Source of the DNA: Vicinamibacterales bacterium
GTDB lineage: Bacteria > Acidobacteriota > Vicinamibacteria > Vicinamibacterales > JAMQPK01
NCBI GenBank assembly: GCA_963821395.1
Contig: CAWGDY010000011.1
Location: 124,769 to 188,768, forward strand
DNA length: 64,000 nucleotides
Reading direction: 5' to 3'
The position numbers and the translations under genes were made by a program. The notes below the pieces were generated by a model, which searched no databases, had not been told where the DNA came from, and was given only the letters and a program-made list of their open reading frames with translations. Shown one piece after another: positions 57,971 to 64,000 of this stretch. The stretch's first letter is position 1, and every line of letters begins with the position of its first letter.

Positions 57971-58543
57971 CTATTTGGCCCCGGCTCCGCGACCACGCAT
58001 CCCGCGCTCTGTCGAAGGCGGAACCATTCCCTTGGTTCGGATGTAAACCGTCAGGATTCCGTATTCCTCGTTGCCGTGCACGACGAGGTTGGCGAGAACC
58101 GATCCGCGCGCAACTTCGTTCTGACCCTGCTTCACCAGCTCGACCGCGCTCTGGTCGGTCAGCTTCTCAAAGGCCGGATCGCAGAACGCAAACGAATCGG
58201 CGAGCGCCTTGATGATCTCGTCGCGCGTTTTCAACGTCTGTTCGAGGTTCTGCCCCTGGTTCGGGTTCGCCTCGCCTCTGGCGGCCGCGCACGAGTTGAA
58301 CTGCGAGTTGGCCACGTGCGCGAGCTGCCCGCCGTACGGCCGGATTTCGGGAGACGGGCGATAACCGTAGTCGGCCTCGCCAAATTTCTGCGCGCTTTCG
58401 GTGAGATTCATCTTCAAGGTGTTGTACGACCGCCGGAGGCCTTCGCTGAGGGGAACCTTCTGCCCACCCGCGGCCGGCGCCTGCGCCTGGACCGTGGCTG
58501 CCACGAGCGCGCACGCGAACATCAGACAAACCACTGCTTTCAT
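57971..58543 (-). CDS. Exported DinB family protein
   Basis: Signal peptide; YRPSPEIRPYGGQLAHVA and HGNEEYG.LTVYIRTKGMVPPS. Confidence 0.85.
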   Translation of the reverse strand: MKAVVCLMFACALVAATVQAQAPAAGGQKVPLSEGLRRSYNTLKMNLTESAQKFGEADYGYRPSPEIRPYGGQLAHVANSQFNSCAAARGEANPNQGQNLEQTLKTRDEIIKALADSFAFCDPAFEKLTDQSAVELVKQGQNEVARGSVLANLVVHGNEEYGILTVYIRTKGMVPPSTERGMRGRGAGAK

Positions 58544-58580
58544 AGACGCTCCTTCTGGAGTTACCGAATGAGGAACATTA

Positions 58581-58632
58581 TTCCAGATTTTGGTTTCCAG
58601 ATTTTAGTTTCTAGATTTTAGATTGTAGATTC
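58581..58632. repeat. Heptamer array (agatttt/agtttct)
   Basis: ttccagattttggtttccagattttagtttctagattttagattgtagattc. Confidence 0.75.
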
Positions 58633-58659
58633 GGTACAGTGACGGCTCCCGGAGGACAT

Positions 58660-59283
58660 ATGACGATGCCGCCCGCGGTTTCCCGTCGCGAGCTCCTGAG
58701 ACGGCTGGGGTTGGCCGGTGTGGGCGTGCTGGCGCTTCCCGAGTTCAGCCGCGTGCTGTCGTTCAGGCAGCAGGTGCTGGCGCAGACAAGCGTGCTGAGC
58801 CAGTCCGAGGCCGCCACGCTGGCGGCGATCTGCGCGCGCATCATCCCGACCGACGACAACGGGCCGGGTGCCGCCGAGGCTCACGCCGCCACCTACATCG
58901 AACGGTCCCTTGGCGGATGGTTGGCGTCATCCCGCGAGACCTATACAGCGGGCCTGGCCGCCATCGACGAAGCGGCGCGCGCGAACGGCGGCCGGCGTTT
59001 CGTCGAGCTCGCGGCTGCCCAGCAGGATCGCGTGCTGGCCTCCATGGAAGAGACGCCGTTCTTCGCGCTCGTGCGCACGCACACGATCCAGGGCACGTTC
59101 TGCGATCCGGCATATGGCGGCAACCAGAATTTCGTGGGCTGGGATCTCATCGGCTATCCAGGCGTGCGGCTGAACGTGACGGCCGCGGACCAGCGCATGA
59201 GCGAATACGCGAAGCCGATTCGCAGGTCGGCCTACGACTATGCGATGTTCGCGAACACGATGGGGGCGTCCGATGCCCACTAA
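58660..59283 (+). CDS. Gluconate 2-dehydrogenase subunit 3 family protein (Tat signal)
   Basis: SRRELL, RIIPTD..PGA and GTFCDPAYGGN...GWDLIGYPG. Confidence 0.9.
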   Translation: MTMPPAVSRRELLRRLGLAGVGVLALPEFSRVLSFRQQVLAQTSVLSQSEAATLAAICARIIPTDDNGPGAAEAHAATYIERSLGGWLASSRETYTAGLAAIDEAARANGGRRFVELAAAQQDRVLASMEETPFFALVRTHTIQGTFCDPAYGGNQNFVGWDLIGYPGVRLNVTAADQRMSEYAKPIRRSAYDYAMFANTMGASDAH

Positions 59284-60982
59284 TCTGAAAGCGACCGATG
59301 TCGTCGTCGTGGGCATGGGCGCCGCGGGCGGCGTTGCAGCACTGCCGCTGGCGCAGGCGGGCCTCGGTGTAGTCGGCCTCGAAGCTGGACGATGGTTGAC
59401 GCCGAAAGACTTCGCACCAGACGAGCTGCGCAACAACTATCGCGCGTGGCCGCACTCGGTGCAGAAAGCCAATCGCGAGGTGCCGACGCACCGGCCGAAT
59501 GCATCGGCCCCGTACTCCGCGCGGCCGTCCTTTCACCCGATGATGAACGGTGTCGGCGGCACGTCGCTCCACTACTGGGCCCAGAGCTGGCGCCTCAGCC
59601 CGTGGGACTTCAAGGTCGCCAGCGAGACGACACGCCGCTATGGCGCGTCGCGCATTCCGTCAGGCTCCACCGTCGAAGACTGGCCGTTCGCCGTCGAGGA
59701 ACTGGAGCGCTATTACGACATCGTCGAGCGCGAACTGGGCGTGTCGGGAAAGGCCGGGAACATCAACGGCAAGATCGACCGCCGCGGAAACATCTTCGAA
59801 GCGCCGCGCCGGAACGAATATCCGATGCCGCCGCTGCGATGGACCGACTGGCACGAGAAGATGGCTTCGGCCGCGCGGGGGCTCGGATGGAATCCCTTTC
59901 CGGGGCCCGCGGCGATCAACACCCGCACCTATGAGGGGCGTCCGGGATGCGCCTATCACGGCTTCTGCGCGCGCGGCGGGTGTCACGTCAACGCAAAAGG
60001 CTCGACGGCGGTCACGACGATCCCCAAGGCGCAGAAGACAGGCCACCTCGACGTGGTGACCGACGCGCACGTCACCGAAATCAACGTCGATGGCAACGGC
60101 CGTGTGACCGGCGTAACCTACGTGAAAGGGACGGAGGTGTTTTTCCAGCCGGCGAGCGTGGTGCTGCTGGCGATGTACACCTACGAAAACGTTCGGACGC
60201 TGTTGCTCTCCACGTCGAAGGCGTTTCCCAACGGCCTGGCGAACAACCACCGGCAGGTGGGCAGGCACTACATCACGCATGCCACCGGCGGCAGCGTGCA
60301 GGCGCTGTTCCCGGTGAATCTGAACAACTGGTACGGATTGCCTGCGCAAGGTGTCGCCGTTGACGACTTCGCCGACGACAACTTCGATCATTCGAAGCTC
60401 GACTTCATCGGCGGCGGAAACCTGTTCGTCTTTTCCGATCGCCGGCCGATCGGCGCCGCCAGCATGAATACGTTCGGCAAATCTCCGCAGTGGGGTTCGA
60501 AGTGGAAGGCGTTCGTCAAGCAGAATGCCGATCGCGCGCACGGCGCATACATCCAGAAGTCGACGCTCCCGTACGAGGACAACTATCTCGACCTCGACCC
60601 GACGGTGAAGGATCCCCTGGGTCTCCCCGTCTGCCGTATCACGGCCGACTTCAAAGAGAACGAGCGGAAGGCCGCGGCCTTCGTCGCCGACAAGATGGAG
60701 CAGTGGTATCGAGCGGCAGGCGCCACGGATGTGATTCGCAACCCGCTGGGTACGATGGGACCCTCCACGCACGCGTACGGTGGCACACGGATGGGGGACA
60801 ACGCCGAGACGAACGTCGTCAATCGATGGGGATTTGCCCACGAAGCGCCGAATCTCGGCGTGCTCGGCGCGTCGGTCATGGGGACGAGCGGCGCCCACAA
60901 TCCTACGCTGACCGTCCAGGCTCTCGCGTGGCGCACTGCCGAGTACCTGATCAAGAACTGGAAGTCCGTCGCGTCCGTTTGA
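59273..60982 (+). CDS. GMC family flavoprotein oxidoreductase (gluconate 2-dehydrogenase alpha-like)
   Basis: GMGAAG FAD-binding loop, GVGGTS, LDLDPTVKD, HAYGGTRMG and NPTLT. Confidence 0.92.
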   Translation: MPTNLKATDVVVVGMGAAGGVAALPLAQAGLGVVGLEAGRWLTPKDFAPDELRNNYRAWPHSVQKANREVPTHRPNASAPYSARPSFHPMMNGVGGTSLHYWAQSWRLSPWDFKVASETTRRYGASRIPSGSTVEDWPFAVEELERYYDIVERELGVSGKAGNINGKIDRRGNIFEAPRRNEYPMPPLRWTDWHEKMASAARGLGWNPFPGPAAINTRTYEGRPGCAYHGFCARGGCHVNAKGSTAVTTIPKAQKTGHLDVVTDAHVTEINVDGNGRVTGVTYVKGTEVFFQPASVVLLAMYTYENVRTLLLSTSKAFPNGLANNHRQVGRHYITHATGGSVQALFPVNLNNWYGLPAQGVAVDDFADDNFDHSKLDFIGGGNLFVFSDRRPIGAASMNTFGKSPQWGSKWKAFVKQNADRAHGAYIQKSTLPYEDNYLDLDPTVKDPLGLPVCRITADFKENERKAAAFVADKMEQWYRAAGATDVIRNPLGTMGPSTHAYGGTRMGDNAETNVVNRWGFAHEAPNLGVLGASVMGTSGAHNPTLTVQALAWRTAEYLIKNWKSVASV

Positions 60983-60991
60983 AGGCCGAAC

Positions 60992-61015
60992 GGTCCGCCT
61001 GAAGGCGGACACTAC
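60992..61015 (-). repeat. GTAG-type REP palindrome between convergent genes
   Basis: ggtccgcctgaaggcggacactac. Confidence 0.8.
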
Positions 61016-61021
61016 GTACGG

Positions 61022-61222
61022 CTACTTCTGCGGCGGAATCTCCAGCACGAAGATGTCAGGTTCGGGGCCAGAGTCGATCCTGCCCGGCAGGTCTACCGTG
61101 GATTCGAACTCCTCGATCGACTTGTGCGGGTTCCTCTTGCGGCTGTCCTCTGCCTTGACGTTCTCGCGCGATCCTTCCGCTGGCTCTTTCACCGACGCCG
61201 GGTTCGGTTCGTCATCTCGCAT
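61022..61222 (-). CDS. Small acidic hypothetical protein (66 aa)
   Basis: AAGGAG RBS then MRDDEPNPASVKEPAEGSRENV...; fills the gap between genes. Confidence 0.5.
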   Translation of the reverse strand: MRDDEPNPASVKEPAEGSRENVKAEDSRKRNPHKSIEEFESTVDLPGRIDSGPEPDIFVLEIPPQK

Positions 61223-61321
61223 GGGCGTGTCTCCTTCTGGCGCCGTCTCGTCACGCGGCGCACGACCAGAAAGTTCTGTCTCTGCAACGGAGGTACCAAC
61301 CTGTTGGTCTATAGTCGAGGC

Positions 61322-62563
61322 GTGCGGGTCTTTTCCCTTTCGATTCTGATCGTTACGCTGGCGCGCGCGGCTTCTGCTCAGTCCCCGGCGCCGTATGCAG
61401 TTGTGTTCGATCAATACATGACGCCCTTGGCGGGCGCCGAAGATCTCGTCACCACCCAGAACCTGCTGGCGACGCTCGAAGATCGATGGATCCCGCTCAA
61501 ACTCGGCACCGAGCGTACGCGTCTGTCGGTTGCGCGCGGCGCGCTGTACAGGGCAGGGAAGTTCATCGCGATCGACGTGCCTCAGGAGCACATGCTCATG
61601 GTCGTCGCCCACGAGGTCTTCGGCCATGGCGCGCGATTTCGTGAGCTCGGCGACGGTCGCATCGGATACGGTTTCGACGCGCCCATTCCATACGGCTCCG
61701 GTGACGCCTACACGAGCTTCAGCGGCCAGTTTCCCGTCTCTCCGCTCGCACACCTGAGCGTGTCGGCATCGGGCATCGAAGCGCAGCATTCGCTGGCCGA
61801 CGCCATTACCGACCGCGCGGTCGCGCGGGGCCGCATCCACTATCGCGAAGCATGGCTGTACTTCGAATCGCGCCTCACCGGCATGACCTACATCCTGACG
61901 GCGTCGGAGAACTCGCACGAAGGCCACGACGTCGCCGACTTCCTCAAGATATTCGAAGACGCGTGCAAGGCGCCGTGCTCGCCGCTCACACGGCGTTACG
62001 TGCAGGACCGCGCCCTCCTCGCGCTTGCCGATCCGCTCCTGTTCTATGCCCTGTACGGCGTGGCAGGGTCGTACATCGGGGATGGAAACCCCACGGGCCC
62101 CATGCCACTCATCCCAGTGGGCCGCGGAGTTCAGATGCTGCCGTCGCTTGGTTATGCGCTGGCGCCGTACGGGGCGGAGTGGACGGTCCGCACGTCGTGG
62201 TCGACGCCGCGCGCCGACAGGCGCAGGCTGACGCACCTCGTGCTTCGCATCGGGAACACCGGAGCGAGCACGACGTGGGGGCTGACGGCTCGTGTGGCCG
62301 ACGTGTGGCGCATCAAGGGCCTGCAAATCGACACCGCCGTCAACGTGTGGCGTCAGCCCGACGTGTTTGGCGATGAAACATCAGCGCCGCTGGGCATGGG
62401 CGCCGGTGCGACGGGCACCGTCCTGGTGCCGCTGCCCGCCTTCCTGCGCTCGCGCTGGTCTGACGCGCTGCACCTGACCGCCGGCTACAAGGCGCGGGGC
62501 TACATTCCAGGCGAGCAACTCTCGCGAGGCGCGCTCCTGCGGGCGGGCGTCACGCTGCGGTGA
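61322..62563 (+). CDS. Exported/outer-membrane hypothetical protein with HExxGH motif
   Basis: Signal peptide, AHEVFGHG, downstream GIEAQ and GHDVADF, beta-strand-rich C-terminus. Confidence 0.65.
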   Translation: MRVFSLSILIVTLARAASAQSPAPYAVVFDQYMTPLAGAEDLVTTQNLLATLEDRWIPLKLGTERTRLSVARGALYRAGKFIAIDVPQEHMLMVVAHEVFGHGARFRELGDGRIGYGFDAPIPYGSGDAYTSFSGQFPVSPLAHLSVSASGIEAQHSLADAITDRAVARGRIHYREAWLYFESRLTGMTYILTASENSHEGHDVADFLKIFEDACKAPCSPLTRRYVQDRALLALADPLLFYALYGVAGSYIGDGNPTGPMPLIPVGRGVQMLPSLGYALAPYGAEWTVRTSWSTPRADRRRLTHLVLRIGNTGASTTWGLTARVADVWRIKGLQIDTAVNVWRQPDVFGDETSAPLGMGAGATGTVLVPLPAFLRSRWSDALHLTAGYKARGYIPGEQLSRGALLRAGVTLR

Positions 62564-62579
62564 CATAAAATGTCGCACG

Positions 62580-63401
62580 ATGAGCGAGCCCGTCCTCGAG
62601 CTGATAAATGCCAGCGTCAAGAAAGGCGACCGAACCGTGCTGCATGGGCTGACGCTGAGAATCGGCGTCGGCGAACATACGGCAATACTGGGACCGAACG
62701 GCGCCGGTAAGTCCGTCCTCGTGCGACTCCTGACCCACGAAGAGCGCCCGCTTCCGCTGCCGGGCGACCTGTCGCCCGTCCGCGTGTTCGGCGATGACAA
62801 CTGGAACGTGTTCGAGCTGCGTCCGCAGCTCGGCATCGTCTCGGCAGACCTCCACCATCGTTTCGTCGCGGGCAACAGCGAGGGCCGCATCACCGGGCTC
62901 GCGGCGGTGCTTTCGGGTTTTGTCGCCACCCAGGGCATCCTGCGCTACAGCGCGGTGTCCGACGATATGCGGCGCCGTGCGGTCGAGGCACTGGACCGGA
63001 TGGCGGCAGGGCACCTCGCACGCAGGCTGATGAACGAAATGTCGAGCGGCGAGGCGCGGCGGGTGCTGCTGGCGAGGGCGCTGGTCACCAATCCGCGCGC
63101 GCTCGTGCTCGACGAGCCGACGACCGGGCTGGACGTCGTCGGGCGCCATCGCTTCATGGAGCGCGTCAGGCATATCGCGAAAGACGGCACCACGCTGATT
63201 CTGATTACTCACCACGTCGAAGAGATCATCCCGGAGATTGGCCGGGTCATCCTGTTGCGGAACGGGCACATCGCGGCCGATGGCGCCAAGCGCGACATGC
63301 TCACCGATGGGCATCTCAGCGATGCCTTCGACGGCCCAATGAGTGTGGAGGAAAGCGACGGGTACTTCTTCGCGCGCCACGCGCAGGCTCGCAGTACGTA
63401 G
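62580..63401 (+). CDS. ABC transporter ATP-binding protein (ModF-like, orphan)
   Basis: GPNGAGKS, MSSGEARR, LDEPT and THHVEEI. Confidence 0.9.
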   Translation: MSEPVLELINASVKKGDRTVLHGLTLRIGVGEHTAILGPNGAGKSVLVRLLTHEERPLPLPGDLSPVRVFGDDNWNVFELRPQLGIVSADLHHRFVAGNSEGRITGLAAVLSGFVATQGILRYSAVSDDMRRRAVEALDRMAAGHLARRLMNEMSSGEARRVLLARALVTNPRALVLDEPTTGLDVVGRHRFMERVRHIAKDGTTLILITHHVEEIIPEIGRVILLRNGHIAADGAKRDMLTDGHLSDAFDGPMSVEESDGYFFARHAQARST

Positions 63402-63421
63402 TGTCCGGCTTTAGTCGGACC
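63398..63421 (+). repeat. GTAG-type REP whose GTAG supplies the upstream gene's TAG stop
   Basis: gtagtgtccggctttagtcggacc; TAG at 63399-63401. Confidence 0.75.
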
Positions 63422-63454
63422 CGTCTCTCAGTACAATGAGGCGACGGAGGAATC

Positions 63455-63985
63455 ATGTTCAAGCTCTCTTTACTCCCGCTTACCGTGGCTGCCGTGATCG
63501 CGTCGGCCGGTCTGGCCGCCGCTCAGGCGTTTCCTGATGGGCCGGGCAAGGAAATTCTCGAGAAGAAATGCAGCGTCTGTCATGCCCCGGAACAGGTGAC
63601 GACGTTCGGCCGCAGCGCCGAGGAGTGGCACGAGGTGGTCGTGAACATGATCGACCTCGGGGCCGAATTGAACGAAGAAGAAGCCAAAGTGCTCGTCGAG
63701 TACCTGGCCAAGAACTGGCCGCTGAAGGGCTCGACACCGTCGGGGGACAAGCCCGCCGACAAGCCGGCCGAGCCGCAGGGCGATAAACCGGCGGAAAAAC
63801 CGGCGGAAAAATCCGTTCCACCGGTTGCAGGGCAGGTACATGAAGAAGCCCGACTCCCGCCCATGCGTCTACAACCCGTCTCATCACATGCAGGCCGTAG
63901 CGTTTGCGGAAGGCAGGGCCGGCACGATTCCGGCCCTCCCGAGCCCTTAGCGCTCGCCCGTTATCGCTTTTTTTGGTACAGTTAG
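63455..63985 (+). CDS. Small monoheme cytochrome c with DKPA/EKPA-repeat tail (3' end uncertain)
   Basis: Signal peptide, PDGPGKEI, CSVCH, W..VV.NM (Met ligand) and YLAKN. Confidence 0.8.
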   Translation: MFKLSLLPLTVAAVIASAGLAAAQAFPDGPGKEILEKKCSVCHAPEQVTTFGRSAEEWHEVVVNMIDLGAELNEEEAKVLVEYLAKNWPLKGSTPSGDKPADKPAEPQGDKPAEKPAEKSVPPVAGQVHEEARLPPMRLQPVSSHAGRSVCGRQGRHDSGPPEPLALARYRFFWYS

Positions 63986-64000
63986 CGCATGCCCGCTCCC

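Overview
High-GC, gene-dense bacterial chromosome segment. The gene content (DUF6152, repeated 'PDLxGxW' secreted paralogs, DUF1592/DUF1552/ankyrin, DUF1800/DUF1501, ECF43-type sigma with Ser/Thr kinases, carboxypeptidase-domain TonB receptors) suggests Acidobacteriota, probably Vicinamibacterales (inference). About 15 genes are split by apparent small frameshifts, most likely long-read assembly errors. I saw no rRNA, tRNA, CRISPR array, transposase, integrase or reverse transcriptase. All product calls come from motif recognition by eye, not from database searches. Main points of interest: (1) an ECF43-like sigma factor with two tandem kinases and a divergent HExxH peptidase-like gene, flanked by a mirrored TGAGTGA-N16-CGCGT motif pair, plus a 58-aa mini-gene at 18.3 kb made only of the first and last segments of those kinases; (2) a 7-kb cluster of exported proteins: four paralogous 'PDLxGxW' proteins, a DUF6152 protein with a possible His-brace, a diheme cytochrome c and a cytochrome c'/type-1-copper fusion; (3) about a dozen arrays of 7-9-bp tandem units, several arranged as inverted arms, one enclosing a small gene and one present as two near-identical MITE-like copies; (4) GTAG-type REPs, including nested copies and in-frame copies inside genes; (5) recurrent -10 box, 6-8 nt, start-codon (leaderless) architecture and four sigma54-like promoters; (6) a desaturase with an intramembrane-sensing two-component system and an 11-bp-period direct-repeat box.
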